Source: an uncultured bacterium | Lineage (GTDB): Bacteria > Oederibacteriota > CAKKQC01 | Reading direction: 5' to 3' | NCBI GenBank assembly: GCA_964355385.1 | Contig: CAYHEI010000001.1 | Location: forward strand, 1 to 35,025 | Length of the DNA: 35,025 nucleotides | In this document: in pieces, positions 15,638 to 25,990 of the stretch | Layout: each line of letters begins with the position of its first letter | Position numbering within the stretch: position 1 is the first letter of the stretch | Notes under the pieces: model-generated | Database searches by the model: none | Told to the model about the DNA's origin: nothing | Seen by the model: the letters and a program-made list of their open reading frames with translations, nothing else | Program-made: the position numbers and the translations under genes

Positions 15638-16677
15638 GACGGCCGGATGCAGACCTTCAGCGCCGCGCCGGACTCCATCAGGCCGAACGCCTCGGGCATG
15701 CGCTCCAGCGGGAGTTCGTGCGTCACGATCCGCTCGGCCGGAAACCGGGCGTCCGAGACCAGCTCCACGGCCCGCCGGAAGTCCTCGAGCTTCTCGGAAT
15801 AGGAGCCGGACACCTCCAGCTCCTTATAGTGGAAGAAGTTCGCGTTGAGCGTCGCGAGCGGCGCCGTCTTCGGCAGCCCGCCGAAGAAGTTCACCCGCCC
15901 CCCCTTGGCCGCCATCTCGAGCGCGTCCGCCTGCGCCGTGGCGACGCCGCAGGCCACGATCACCACCGTCGGCCCGCGGCCGCCGGTCAGGTCGCGCATC
16001 GCGTCGAGGTGCGCGCGGTCGCGCACCACGATCGTCCCGTCGAACCCGAACCCCCGCGCGAGCTCCAGCCGAGGCGCGGACGTGTCGAGCAGCCAGACCC
16101 GCGCCGCCCCTTCCATCCGGGCCAGGACCGCGTGCAGGATCCCGATCGGGCCCGCGCCGATGACGGCGACGGTGTCGGCGGGGCCGATCCGCAGCCGCCC
16201 GTGCGCGTTGGTCACGCAACCCAGGGGCTCCGCCAGCGCCAGCCGCGGCGCCGCGAGGTCGGACCGCACCGGCACGAGGCTGCCGTAGCGGACCGACACG
16301 GCGGGGATCGGCATGAAGCGAGCCAGCGCGCCGTCGTGCTGGTAGGCCAGCGTCGTGCGCCGGTCGCACAGGTTCGCGCGGCCGAGCCGGCAGTAGACGC
16401 AACTGCCGCACGGGACGGGGACGTACACCGCCACGCGGTCGCCCCGCGCCGGCGCCCCCGGCCCGTCCGCCCGGCTCTCCACGACCCGGCCCACGCACTC
16501 GTGGCCGAGCACCCGGGGCGGGGCGATCTTGTGGTCGCCGTTGCGGAAGGTGCGCAGGTCCACGCCGCACACCCCGCAGGCCTCGATCTCGAGCACGACC
16601 CCTCCCGGCGCGCAGGCCGGGTCCGGCACGTCGCGCACGACCACCGCGCCGGGGCCGTCGTAGACCGCGGCCTTCAT
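15634..16677 (-). CDS. zinc-binding medium-chain alcohol/polyol dehydrogenase
   Basis: 347 aa. Motifs are GHECVG, the structural-zinc Cys cluster CGSCVYC, and the GAGPIG Rossmann motif. Confidence 0.92.
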   Translation of the reverse strand: MKAAVYDGPGAVVVRDVPDPACAPGGVVLEIEACGVCGVDLRTFRNGDHKIAPPRVLGHECVGRVVESRADGPGAPARGDRVAVYVPVPCGSCVYCRLGRANLCDRRTTLAYQHDGALARFMPIPAVSVRYGSLVPVRSDLAAPRLALAEPLGCVTNAHGRLRIGPADTVAVIGAGPIGILHAVLARMEGAARVWLLDTSAPRLELARGFGFDGTIVVRDRAHLDAMRDLTGGRGPTVVIVACGVATAQADALEMAAKGGRVNFFGGLPKTAPLATLNANFFHYKELEVSGSYSEKLEDFRRAVELVSDARFPAERIVTHELPLERMPEAFGLMESGAALKVCIRPS

Positions 16678-16696
16678 CGCGCCGCCGCGGGCGGCA

Positions 16697-18118
16697 TCAG
16701 TGCCACCCCGCGACGCCCGGGCCGGCGTCCTCCGGCCAGCGCGCCGTGACCTTCTTGGACTTCGTCCAGAAACGGATGCCGTCGTCTCCCGTGATGTCGC
16801 CCGCGCCGAACCGCGACTGGTTCCAGCCCCCGAACGAGAACGGCTCGCGGGGCACCGGCACCCCGACGTTGATCCCGACCATGCCCACGTTCACCCGCTC
16901 GGCGAACGCCCGCGCCGCGCCGCCGGAACGGGTGTAGATCGCCGCGGCGTTCCCGAACGGCAGCCGGTTGACCAGCGCCACCGCCTCGTCCACCGTCGCG
17001 GCCCGCAGGATCGCGAGCACCGGCCCGAAGATCTCCTCGCGCGCGCACGGGGAATCCGGCGCCACGCCGTCGAGAATGGTCGGCCCCACGTACCAGCCGC
17101 CGGGCTTCCCCGCGACGCTCGCGCCCCGGCCGTCGAGGCGCAGACGCGCCCCCGCGGCCGCCGCCCGCGTGATGTGCCCCTCGATCCGCTCCTTGGCCGC
17201 CGCGGAGATGACCGCGCCCATCTCGATGCCCGGCCGGACGGCCCGGGCCTCCGCGACGATCCGGTCGAGAACGGCCTCGCAGTTCCCCACCGCGATCAGG
17301 ACCGAGGCGGCCATGCAGCGCTGGCCCGCGCACCCGGCCATGGACACGACGACGTTCGACGCAGTCAGCGCGGGATCGGCGTCGGGCAGCACGACCAGGT
17401 GGTTCTTGGCGCCGCCCAGCGCCAGCACGCGCTTGCCGGCCAGCGCGCCCCGCCGGTGCACCGCCTGCGCGACCGGGGTGGACCCGACGAAGGCGAGCGC
17501 CTCGATCCCGGGATGATCGACGAGCACCTCCACGGTCTCCCGCCCGCCCTGCACCACCTGGAAGACACCCGCGGGCAGCCCGGCCTCGCGCAGCAGCTCG
17601 CCCAACCGGTCCGGGGTCAGGGGCACCAGCTCGCTGGGTTTGAGGAGGAACGCGTTCCCGCACGCCAGCGCGATCGGGAACATCCACATCGGCACCATCG
17701 CCGGAAAGTTGAACGGGGTGATGCCGGCGACGACGCCCAGCGGCACCAGGCGGGTCCAGGTGTCCACGCCCGTGGAGGTCTCGAGCAGCCGGCCCGCGCC
17801 TAGGTGCGGCAGGGCCGTGGCGAACTCGACCGTCTCGAGCCCCTTGCGGATCTCCGCCTCCGCTTCGGCGGGCGTCTTCCCGTTCTCCCGGGACACCAAC
17901 TCCGCGAGCACCGCGAGATCCCGCTCGACGAGCGCCTTGAACCGGAAGAGCACCTGCACCCGGTCCTTGACGGGCGTTGCCCCCCACCCGGCGAACGCCG
18001 CCCGGCCCGCCGCGACGGCCCGGCCGACCGCCGCCTCGTCGGCGGCGTCCACCCCGCCGATCACCGCGCCGTCCCACGGCGAGGTGACGGGGATGGCCGT
18101 TGCGCTACCGGGAGTCAT
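16697..18118 (-). CDS. mmsA: CoA-acylating methylmalonate/malonate-semialdehyde dehydrogenase
   Basis: 473 aa. FNFPAMVPMWMFPIALACGNAFLLKPSE and GCAGQRCMA are signatures of the MmsA/IolA subfamily. Confidence 0.88.
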   Translation of the reverse strand: MTPGSATAIPVTSPWDGAVIGGVDAADEAAVGRAVAAGRAAFAGWGATPVKDRVQVLFRFKALVERDLAVLAELVSRENGKTPAEAEAEIRKGLETVEFATALPHLGAGRLLETSTGVDTWTRLVPLGVVAGITPFNFPAMVPMWMFPIALACGNAFLLKPSELVPLTPDRLGELLREAGLPAGVFQVVQGGRETVEVLVDHPGIEALAFVGSTPVAQAVHRRGALAGKRVLALGGAKNHLVVLPDADPALTASNVVVSMAGCAGQRCMAASVLIAVGNCEAVLDRIVAEARAVRPGIEMGAVISAAAKERIEGHITRAAAAGARLRLDGRGASVAGKPGGWYVGPTILDGVAPDSPCAREEIFGPVLAILRAATVDEAVALVNRLPFGNAAAIYTRSGGAARAFAERVNVGMVGINVGVPVPREPFSFGGWNQSRFGAGDITGDDGIRFWTKSKKVTARWPEDAGPGVAGWH

Positions 18119-18128
18119 GAATGCCCCC

Positions 18129-19280
18129 TCAGCCGCCGACCGGCGTCCACGCGCCGGTCCGCGCGCTCTTCAGAATCGCCTCGCACAACAGCAGCTCCCG
18201 GTGCCCGTCCGCGAACGTGGCGTACAGCGGCGCCGGCGACGGCGCGCCCTGCCGCACGTCCTCGTACACCGCCCGGTAGAGCTGCTTGAAGGTATCCGGG
18301 AAGCCCTCGTTGTGGCCGCCGGGATAGTTCGTGTACGCGCGCGCCGCCGCCGACAGCAGAGAAGGATCGCGGAGCAGCCGCTCGTTGGCCTTGTCCCGGC
18401 TGCCGGCCCACAGCTCGTTGGGCGCCTCGGAATCCCACGCCAGCGCGCCCCGCGCGGCCGCGATCTCCCACGTACACCGGTTCTTGCGCCCCGCGGTGAC
18501 CTGGCTGACCGTGACCACGCCCCGCGCCCCGCCCCGGAAGCGCAGGAGCACCGAGCCGTAGTCCTCCGTGGTGATCTCGACGGGCCGGCGGGCGGGCTTC
18601 GCCCCCGCGGTCTTGTCCGTGAACGTCTCGACCGAGCCTTCCGGACGCTGCCGGACGGGGTGGACCGTCTTGAGGTCGGCGCACACCGACTCGACCTCCA
18701 GCCCGGTCACGAAGGTCACGAGATCGAGCCAGTGGGTGCCGATGTCCCCCACCGCCCGCGTCTCGCCGCCCTCGGCGGCCAGCACCCGCCAGTTGAAGTC
18801 GTCGGGGTATAAGAGCCAATCTTGCAGATACGCCCCGCGAACGTGCAGCACGGCGCCCAGGCCGCCCGACTTCACCCGCTCGCGCGCCTCGAGATTGAGC
18901 GGGTAGAACCGGAGGTTGTAGTTGACCGTGCAGACCCGCGTCGGATGCCGCGCGGCCAGCGCGACCAGCTCGGCGGTCTCCCGCGACGTCAGCGCGAGGG
19001 GCTTCTCGCACACCACGTGCTTGTCCGCCGCCAGCGCCCGGCGCACCTGGTCGGCGTGCGCCTTGTTCGGCGACGTGAGGTGGACGACCTGGACCTCGGC
19101 TTCGCCTAGCATGTCGTCGTAGGACGCGTATCCCCGCTCCAGCCCCCGCGCGGGGGCCGCGGCCTTCGACTTCTCCGCCGACGACCCCAGCACGCCCTTG
19201 ACCCGGACGCCGAGGCGCCGCAACGCCTCGACGTGCACCGGCCCGATGAATCCCGTCCCCACCACCGCCGCAACGTTCAT
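18129..19280 (-). CDS. Gfo/Idh/MocA family oxidoreductase (first gene of the dehydrogenase operon)
   Basis: 383 aa. It has [11 protein letters not shown] and the CEKP motif. On the minus strand TAAGAT (19287-19292) lies 6 nt before the ATG. Confidence 0.9.
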   Translation of the reverse strand: MNVAAVVGTGFIGPVHVEALRRLGVRVKGVLGSSAEKSKAAAPARGLERGYASYDDMLGEAEVQVVHLTSPNKAHADQVRRALAADKHVVCEKPLALTSRETAELVALAARHPTRVCTVNYNLRFYPLNLEARERVKSGGLGAVLHVRGAYLQDWLLYPDDFNWRVLAAEGGETRAVGDIGTHWLDLVTFVTGLEVESVCADLKTVHPVRQRPEGSVETFTDKTAGAKPARRPVEITTEDYGSVLLRFRGGARGVVTVSQVTAGRKNRCTWEIAAARGALAWDSEAPNELWAGSRDKANERLLRDPSLLSAAARAYTNYPGGHNEGFPDTFKQLYRAVYEDVRQGAPSPAPLYATFADGHRELLLCEAILKSARTGAWTPVGG

Positions 19281-19343
19281 CCCGCCATCTTAGCAACTCC
19301 CCCCGGACGCCAATCCCGGGAGGCGCGGCGTAGAATGAGGGCC

Positions 19344-21359
19344 ATGACGACCGCGACGTCCGCTCGGGCGACGGTGTGGCCGGCCGTCGTGCTCCTGCTG
19401 TTCCTGTCCGGAGCGGCGCGCGCGGCGACGGAGATCCGCGTCGCGCCCGGCGACCCGGGCGGGCTGGAGGGGGCGCGGGACCGCGCCCGCGAGATGCTAC
19501 GACAACGGCGCGGGCCGCTCACGATCCTGCTCGCGGAGGGCACGTACGCGCTGGAGCGCACGCTCGTGCTCACCGCGTCCGACTCGGGAACCGCCCGGGC
19601 GCCCGTGACGTGGAAGGCGGTCTCCGGCGCGCGGGTGCGGATCAGCGGCGGCCGCGCGATCGGCGGGTGGACGACCGCGGCGGACCCGAAGATTCTCGGG
19701 CGGCTGGATCCGGCGGTGCGAGCGCGGGTACTCGTCGCGGACCTGCGCGCGCAGGGTGTCACGGACTTCGGGACTTTCCGCCGCCGGGGATTCGGGCTGC
19801 CCAACACGGCGTCCGCGCTCGAGCTGATCGCCGACGATGCGATCATGCCGCTGGCGCGTCATCCGACCTCGGGCTGGCTGGAGGTCAGCGCGACCGTGAG
19901 CGGCCATTCGACGGAGCTCATGGCCGCCCCCGAGCCCGGTCGAGGGGGCGGCGGCGCCATCGAGCGCTTCGCCTTCCAGGACGCGGCGGTGGCCCGGTGG
20001 ACGCCCGCCCCCGACCTCTGGGTCCACGGCTACTGGACCTTCGATTGGGCGGACACGCACGATCCCGTCGTGGCGTTCGATCCAGCGCGAAGCGAAGTCT
20101 CCATCCGTGCGCCCCAGAGCTGGTACGGCGTGAAGACCGGGTGCCGCTTCGCGTTCGAGAACGCGCTGGAGGCGCTGGACGCGCCCGGGGAGTGGTGGCT
20201 GGACCGCGCGGCCGGCCGGCTCTACTTCCTCCCGCCCGCGGCGGGCCTTCCGAAACGCACCGTCGTCACGCTGCTGGAAACCCCGCTGGTGTCGATGGAA
20301 GGAGCATCGCGCGTCAGCCTGGAAGGGCTGATCTTCGAGGACGCCCGGGGCGACGGCGTGCGCATCGCGGACGGGGCGGGCTGCCGCGTCGCGGGATGCG
20401 CGCTCCGGAACCTGGGCGGGGTCGGCGTCGCCGTGCGCGGCGGCCGCGGCCACCTCGTGCGCTCCTGCGACGTCCACGACACGGGCGAGGGCGCGATCAC
20501 GCTGGACGGCGGCGACCGTGCCACGCTGACCCCGTGCGGCAACGCCGCCGAGAACAACGACCTCCACGACTACTGCCGGTGGAGCCGGACGTACCGGCCG
20601 GGCGTGCTCGTGGCGGGCGTCGGCTGCCGGGTGGCGCGGAACCGCATCCACGACGCCCCCCACAACGGCATCCTGCTCGGCGGCAACGATCACGTGATCG
20701 AGCTGAACGTCCTCGAGCGCGTCTGCCTCGAGACCGGGGACACCGGGGCGTTCTACCTGGGGCGCAATCCCACCGAGCGCGGCACCGTGGTCCGGCACAA
20801 CATCTTCCGGGACCTCAAGCCCTCGCAATCGCGTCCGGGCGAATTCAACCATGTGATGGCGGTCTACCTGGACGACTGCGCGTGCGGCACCCGCGTCGAG
20901 GAAAACTTCTTCATGAACGCCGGGTGGGCGGTCATGATCGGCGGCGGCCGCGACAACGAGGTGCGGGGCAACGTGTTCGTGGCGTGCGAGCCGGCGATCA
21001 GCGTGGACGCGCGCGCGCGCGGGTGGGCGAAGGACTACTACCGGGCGGGAGGCGGTTGGGAGATGGAGAAAAAGCTGGCCGCGGTTCCCTGGACGTCGGC
21101 GGTCTGGCGCGCGCGCTACCCCGCGCTGACGGGCTACCGGCTCGAGACCTGCGCGGACCCCACCGGGAACCGCATCATGGACAATGTCTGCGCGGGCGGA
21201 CGGTGGTTGCAGTTGAACGACGGACTGACCGAGCGCGACATGGAAGTGCGCGGCAATCTCGTCGAGAGCGGCCCGGGCACCCACCGTGTCCAGTGGCCCG
21301 CCATTCCGCTCGACCGCATCGGCCTCGAGCGCGACGCGCTCCGGGCCGCGCTCCCCTGA
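19344..21359 (+). CDS. secreted right-handed parallel beta-helix repeat protein
   Basis: The signal peptide is MTTATSARATVWPAVVLLLFLSGAARA. Beta-helix repeats are present (RIHDAPHNGILLGGNDHVIELN...). The start at 19344 is preferred because TAGAAT (19331-19336) lies 7 nt upstream. The ATG at 19335 is an alternative. Confidence 0.85.
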   Translation: MTTATSARATVWPAVVLLLFLSGAARAATEIRVAPGDPGGLEGARDRAREMLRQRRGPLTILLAEGTYALERTLVLTASDSGTARAPVTWKAVSGARVRISGGRAIGGWTTAADPKILGRLDPAVRARVLVADLRAQGVTDFGTFRRRGFGLPNTASALELIADDAIMPLARHPTSGWLEVSATVSGHSTELMAAPEPGRGGGGAIERFAFQDAAVARWTPAPDLWVHGYWTFDWADTHDPVVAFDPARSEVSIRAPQSWYGVKTGCRFAFENALEALDAPGEWWLDRAAGRLYFLPPAAGLPKRTVVTLLETPLVSMEGASRVSLEGLIFEDARGDGVRIADGAGCRVAGCALRNLGGVGVAVRGGRGHLVRSCDVHDTGEGAITLDGGDRATLTPCGNAAENNDLHDYCRWSRTYRPGVLVAGVGCRVARNRIHDAPHNGILLGGNDHVIELNVLERVCLETGDTGAFYLGRNPTERGTVVRHNIFRDLKPSQSRPGEFNHVMAVYLDDCACGTRVEENFFMNAGWAVMIGGGRDNEVRGNVFVACEPAISVDARARGWAKDYYRAGGGWEMEKKLAAVPWTSAVWRARYPALTGYRLETCADPTGNRIMDNVCAGGRWLQLNDGLTERDMEVRGNLVESGPGTHRVQWPAIPLDRIGLERDALRAALP

Positions 21360-21368
21360 CGATCCCGG

Positions 21369-22229
21369 CTACGGCGTGCGCGGGGACGCCGGCTTCCCCG
21401 CCGGCAGGCCAACGTAGGTCTCCCCCAGCCGCGTGAGCCGCCCCGGCTCCGCGGCCAGGAGGCTGCGCGTCCGGTCGTCCTTGATCCGGGCCATGAACCA
21501 CGCGTAGCCCGCCACATCGGGGCTCGCTTCCAGGAACGCCACGGCCTCCTTCATGTACGCGATCTGCGCGTCCTCGTCCGCGGCCTTCCACTCGTTGAAT
21601 TCCGTGACCCAGATCGGTCCGGCGGAGCGCTTCGCGAGCTCCCCGACCGCCCACTTCAGCTCGCCTACGTTGCCGTAGACGTGAACGGCGAGCGCGGTCG
21701 GTTTGCCGCCGGGCAGCGCGGCGGAGAAAGCTTCCAGGTACGGAACCATCCAGGGGTACGCGATGTCCCGGCCCGACTTCGGATCGCGCGCGTGCACGGT
21801 GTCCGCCGGCGCGGAGCCCAGCGCGAGCTGCGGGCCGACGACGGGGATGCCCCGCCGCGCGGCGGCCTTCGCCAACCGGGCGTACGCGCGCGCCGCGTCC
21901 TGCGGCGTCAGGTTGGCCTGGGCCTTCAGGTTCGGCTCGTTGAGCCCCAGGATGAGCCGGGGCCGGGCCGCGAGGCTGCGGTCAAGGCGCTTCCAGAATC
22001 CCTGCGAGTCGCCCCACAGCATCGGGACGAACTCGGGGCCGCCCGCCGGAACCTCCGCGTCGGGCGTGAGGGCCCAGTTGTACCACCAGGACACGCCCGG
22101 CGCGAGCGCCCGGAAATCCTCCGCCGACAAGTGCTGCGCGCAGACCCCGCGCTTGAGGCTCGGAGCCGCGCGCGCCACGCCCCCGGCCAGCACCACGAGC
22201 AGGATGGCGACACCGCGCCGCACGATCAA
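21369..22229 (-). CDS. secreted glycoside hydrolase, GH128-like (glycosyl hydrolase catalytic core family)
   Basis: Motifs are KRGV...SWWYNW, LGLNEPN and IWVTEFN. The N-terminus is hydrophobic. A TTG start at 22229 overlaps the upstream TGA (TTGA), and GTG at 22223 is an alternative. The 561-aa ORF-track version is a spurious 5' extension. Confidence 0.8.
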   Translation of the reverse strand: MIVRRGVAILLVVLAGGVARAAPSLKRGVCAQHLSAEDFRALAPGVSWWYNWALTPDAEVPAGGPEFVPMLWGDSQGFWKRLDRSLAARPRLILGLNEPNLKAQANLTPQDAARAYARLAKAAARRGIPVVGPQLALGSAPADTVHARDPKSGRDIAYPWMVPYLEAFSAALPGGKPTALAVHVYGNVGELKWAVGELAKRSAGPIWVTEFNEWKAADEDAQIAYMKEAVAFLEASPDVAGYAWFMARIKDDRTRSLLAAEPGRLTRLGETYVGLPAGKPASPRTP

Positions 22230-23452
22230 CTCAGCAGCAGCGACAACGGAACGGCCCAGAGCCGGTCGCCCGCCCGGCCGACGGCCGAGCCGCCGTAGGC
22301 CAGAACGGCCGCGCGGCAGCCGGGCGTGCGCGCCAGAAACGCCTTCAACCCGCCCAGGTCGCTCTGGTGCCAGCGCGCGGCCATCTTCACCTCCACGGCC
22401 ACGGTCTCGCGTCCGGCCTCGATCACGAAATCGACCTCGTGCCGTCCCTGCACGTTCCAGTACGCCAGCTCGGCGCCTTCCCAGTGCTCCGCCACCAGGG
22501 CCGCCAGTTGCTGGGCCACCCAGGTCTCCAACATCGCGCCCGCCAGCGGAGTGTCGCGCGGACCGTCCGCGCGGTCGACGCCGGCCAGGTGGCACGCGAG
22601 CCCCGAATCCGCGATGAAGAACTTGGGGGCCTTGACCAGCCGGCTGGTCCGGTTCGCGACGGACGGCCCGATCGTCCGGCTCACGTAGGAGGTCTCCAGC
22701 AGGTTCAGATAGCGCGTCGCGGTCATGACGTTCAGCTTGGCGTCGCGCGCCAGCTCGCTCACGCGCAGGAGCTGCCCCGACCGCAGCGCGGCCAGCCGCA
22801 TCAGCCTCCGGAAGTCCAGCAGGCCGGCCACGCGGCTCAGCGCCCGGAGGTCCCGCTCGAGGTACGTCTGGACGTACCCCGCGAACCACCGGGCCGGGTT
22901 CCGGACGATGCCGAGCCGGACCGCGGGCAACCCCCCCAAGAGCACGTCCCGCCACGTCACGGACCCCTTCGGCTCCGCGTGCGGAGGCGCTCCGGTGTCG
23001 AACAGGCGCTTCAGGAAAGGGACCGCGCCGCACCGCCGGCCCGCTTCCCGCCACGAGAACGGGGGAAGCTCATAGTACACCGCCCGGCCCGCCAGACTTT
23101 CGGTGACTCCGCGCAGCAGCGCGAAATTGGCCGACCCGGACAGCAGGAACCGGCCGGGGCGACGCCGCCGGTCCACGTCCCGCTTGATGGCCACGAGCAG
23201 TTCCGGGCACCGCTGGACCTCGTCGATCGTCAGCGGCTCGTCCCCGGCGATGAACGCCTGTGGGTCGGCGCGCGCCAGCTCCAGGGCGTCCAGGTCGTCC
23301 AGCGAGACGTAGCGGCGGCGCCGCAGCGCCGGCTGGTGCTGCAGCAGCGTGCTCTTACCGGCCTGCCGGAGCCCCGTCAGCACGACGACCGGCATGTCCG
23401 CCAGGGCCTCCTCGACCAGCCGGCCCGACTCCCGCTGGAAATAGGATGTCAT
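22226..23452 (-). CDS. AAA_14-type ATPase with C-terminal DUF4143 (PD-(D/E)xK-like) domain, paralogue 3
   Basis: 408 aa. Walker A is GLRQAGKST and Walker B is PLTIDEVQ. The C-terminal string is RHEVDFVI...VAVEVKMA. Confidence 0.9.
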   Translation of the reverse strand: MTSYFQRESGRLVEEALADMPVVVLTGLRQAGKSTLLQHQPALRRRRYVSLDDLDALELARADPQAFIAGDEPLTIDEVQRCPELLVAIKRDVDRRRRPGRFLLSGSANFALLRGVTESLAGRAVYYELPPFSWREAGRRCGAVPFLKRLFDTGAPPHAEPKGSVTWRDVLLGGLPAVRLGIVRNPARWFAGYVQTYLERDLRALSRVAGLLDFRRLMRLAALRSGQLLRVSELARDAKLNVMTATRYLNLLETSYVSRTIGPSVANRTSRLVKAPKFFIADSGLACHLAGVDRADGPRDTPLAGAMLETWVAQQLAALVAEHWEGAELAYWNVQGRHEVDFVIEAGRETVAVEVKMAARWHQSDLGGLKAFLARTPGCRAAVLAYGGSAVGRAGDRLWAVPLSLLLS

Positions 23453-23538
23453 GGACTAACACATGATAGCATGTCTAAGACACCACGTCGCCGGTGGCTG
23501 CCGGGCAGTATAATCCACGCTGTGACGGAGCGGGCGGC

Positions 23539-24588
23539 GTGATCGGGCTGGGCGTGCTGGGATTCGCGCACGGGCACGTGGACACCTACCTGGACGAGTG
23601 GCGGGCGCGCCATGCGGACGGGATCAGGGCGGTCGCGGGGTGGGACCACGACGCGGCGCGGCTCGCGCAGGCGGTGCAGCGGCATGGCGTCGAAGCGTGC
23701 CCGTCGCCGCAGGACTTGCTACGACGGCCCGGCGTGGACGCGGTGGTCATCGCCGCGGAAACCAACCGGCACGCCGACCTGGTCGGGGACGCCGCGAAGG
23801 CGGGGAAACCCATCATTCTTCAGAAGCCCATCGCCCTCCGCCTCGAGGAAGCGGACCGCATCGTCAAGGCCGTCGCGCAGCACGGAGTCCCGTTCACGAT
23901 GGCCTGGCAGATGCGCGTGGACCCGCTGAACATGAAGATGAAGGCGCTCGTGGAATCGGGCGTCCTGGGACGTCTCCTCATGGTGCGCCGCCGGCACGGC
24001 CTGCCCACGCACCTCTGGCCGGCGTTCGCGCAGTCCTGGCACGTCAAGCCCGAGCTCAACCGCGGGATGTGGGCGGACGACGCTGCGCACCCCGTGGACT
24101 TCATGCTCTGGCTGTTGGGCGAGCCCGTCAGCGTGACCGCCGAAATCGCCACGCTTGTGAACCGGGACGTGCCGGACGACCACGGCATCGCGGTGTTCAC
24201 GTATGGGAGTGGGACGATCGCCGAGGTGGTCTGCTCGTTCGCGTGCGTCGCGGGCGAGAATACCACGGAGATCCTCGGCGACCGGGGCCTCATCGTGCAG
24301 AACCACGGCGATGTACCCAGCACCAACATCCCCCGGCCGCCCGGCGGCGTCGCGCTCAAGTGGTTCCGGCAGGAGACCGGGGCATGGGAGCTGAGCGATC
24401 TGGTCGCTCCCGCCAATCACAGCGCGCGGATCATCGGGCTGGCCGGCCCGCTCCGGGAGTTCCTCGAAGGCCGGCGGCCGCCGATCGCGACCGCGGAAGA
24501 AGGCCGGACGGCGCTCAAGATGATCCTGGCCAGCCATCTCGCCGCCGAGCAGGGCCGGCGCGTCAGCCTGGCCGAAATCAGGTCATAA
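23539..24588 (+). CDS. Gfo/Idh/MocA family oxidoreductase
   Basis: It has IGLGVLGFAHGH and a QKP variant of the EKP motif. GTG at 23539 is preferred, because TATAAT at 23509-23514 and GGAG at 23526-23529 lie upstream of it. GTG at 23494 is the ORF-track alternative. Confidence 0.85.
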   Translation: MIGLGVLGFAHGHVDTYLDEWRARHADGIRAVAGWDHDAARLAQAVQRHGVEACPSPQDLLRRPGVDAVVIAAETNRHADLVGDAAKAGKPIILQKPIALRLEEADRIVKAVAQHGVPFTMAWQMRVDPLNMKMKALVESGVLGRLLMVRRRHGLPTHLWPAFAQSWHVKPELNRGMWADDAAHPVDFMLWLLGEPVSVTAEIATLVNRDVPDDHGIAVFTYGSGTIAEVVCSFACVAGENTTEILGDRGLIVQNHGDVPSTNIPRPPGGVALKWFRQETGAWELSDLVAPANHSARIIGLAGPLREFLEGRRPPIATAEEGRTALKMILASHLAAEQGRRVSLAEIRS

Positions 24589-24595
24589 TCGGGAC

Positions 24596-25990
24596 ATGAG
24601 CCGGCCGCCGAACATCCTCCTGCTCGCCGTGGACTCCCTCCGGCGCGACCACATGAGCGGCTACGGTTACCCCAAGCTCACCACGCCGCACCTCGACCGG
24701 TTCGCGCGGGACGCGGCGCTTTTCGAAGGTCACGTGTCGGCCCACATCCCGACGACTCCCGCGTACGGCACGCTCCTCACCGGCCGGGACGCCTTCGGCA
24801 CGCAGGTCGTGGCCCTCCGGCACCAGGGCCCGCTCACGCCGGATGTGAAGACGCTCGCCGAGATCCTGCGCGGACACGGCTACGACACGACCTGCGTGGG
24901 ATTCACCGGCAACCCCTCCGCACGCGGATTCGACCGCTACCTCGACTTCGGCCAGACGTGGGGCGGTTGGAACCAGCGGCCGCTGCGCAAGGCGGAGGAA
25001 TTGAACAAGGTGTTCCTCCCGGAGCTGGACCGGCTGCACGCTGCGGGCAAGCCCTGGATGGTGATGCTCCGCCACATGGACCCCCACGCGCCCTACCTGC
25101 CGCCGCCGCCCTACGATGCGCTGTTTTTCGGCGGAGATCCCTGCGCGCCGGGGAAGACGACGATGGACCCGGTCAAGGCGTTCAAGCCGTTCCGGGACTT
25201 CCATCTCTCCTGGTCGCCGCCCGGGATCACGGACGCGGACTTCCTCACCGCGCAGTACGACGGCGAGCTCGCGTACCTGGACGCCTGCGTCCAGGTGATC
25301 CTCGCCCGGCTCGCGGCGCTGGGCGCCATGGACGACACCATCGTCGTGCTGACCGGCGACCACGGCGAGACGCTGTACGAACACGAGTGCTGGTTCGACC
25401 ACCACGGGATGTACGAGCCGACGCTGGTCGTGCCCCTCGTGATCCGCTTCCCCGCCATGCTGCCCGCCGGAAAGCGGATTCCCGGCGTCCATCGGCACCA
25501 GGACGTCGTGCCCACGCTCCTGGAGCTGGCGGGACTCGAGGGCGGCGTGCCCTGCGACGGCCGGTCGCTCCTGCCACTCGTCGCGGGGAAGGACGCGGGG
25601 CTACCGTCCGAGTTCTACATCACCGAGTGCACCTGGATGCGCAAGCACGGCTGGCGGACGCCGGAGTGGAAACTGATCGTCGCGCTGGAGCCGGATTTCC
25701 ACTTCAAGCCCGAAGTGGAACTCTACAATCTCAAGAACGATCCCGGAGAACTTCGCGATGTCGCCCAGCAGCGGCCCGAGATCGTCGAGGCGATGCGCAA
25801 GAAGATGGATGATTGGATCGCCCGGCGCGAACGGGAGACCGGCAAGACCAACCCGATGCTGACCCAGGGCGACTGGCACGGCGTGAAAGGGCTTGGTCCC
25901 TTCAAGACCAGCCAGCAGGCCTACGACACGCTCTACATCGGCGACGCCGACACCGCGCGCCGGCTGCAGGAAGGAGAGAAGAAGAAATGA
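24596..25990 (+). CDS. sulfatase-fold (alkaline-phosphatase superfamily) hydrolase/transferase lacking the formylglycine motif
   Basis: 464 aa. [13 protein letters not shown] and LTGDHGE keep the metal ligands. The C/S-x-P-x-R position reads T-T-P-A-Y ([13 protein letters not shown]). Confidence 0.85.
   Translation: MSRPPNILLLAVDSLRRDHMSGYGYPKLTTPHLDRFARDAALFEGHVSAHIPTTPAYGTLLTGRDAFGTQVVALRHQGPLTPDVKTLAEILRGHGYDTTCVGFTGNPSARGFDRYLDFGQTWGGWNQRPLRKAEELNKVFLPELDRLHAAGKPWMVMLRHMDPHAPYLPPPPYDALFFGGDPCAPGKTTMDPVKAFKPFRDFHLSWSPPGITDADFLTAQYDGELAYLDACVQVILARLAALGAMDDTIVVLTGDHGETLYEHECWFDHHGMYEPTLVVPLVIRFPAMLPAGKRIPGVHRHQDVVPTLLELAGLEGGVPCDGRSLLPLVAGKDAGLPSEFYITECTWMRKHGWRTPEWKLIVALEPDFHFKPEVELYNLKNDPGELRDVAQQRPEIVEAMRKKMDDWIARRERETGKTNPMLTQGDWHGVKGLGPFKTSQQAYDTLYIGDADTARRLQEGEKKK

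Noticed and set aside
21369-23054. 561-aa version of the GH128-like ORF, and likewise the 561-aa version of the DUF2961 ORF (27911-29596)
   Set aside because: The 5' extensions are Arg/Gly/Pro-rich, overlap neighbouring real genes, and precede obvious signal peptides. The starts were moved to 22229 and 29179.
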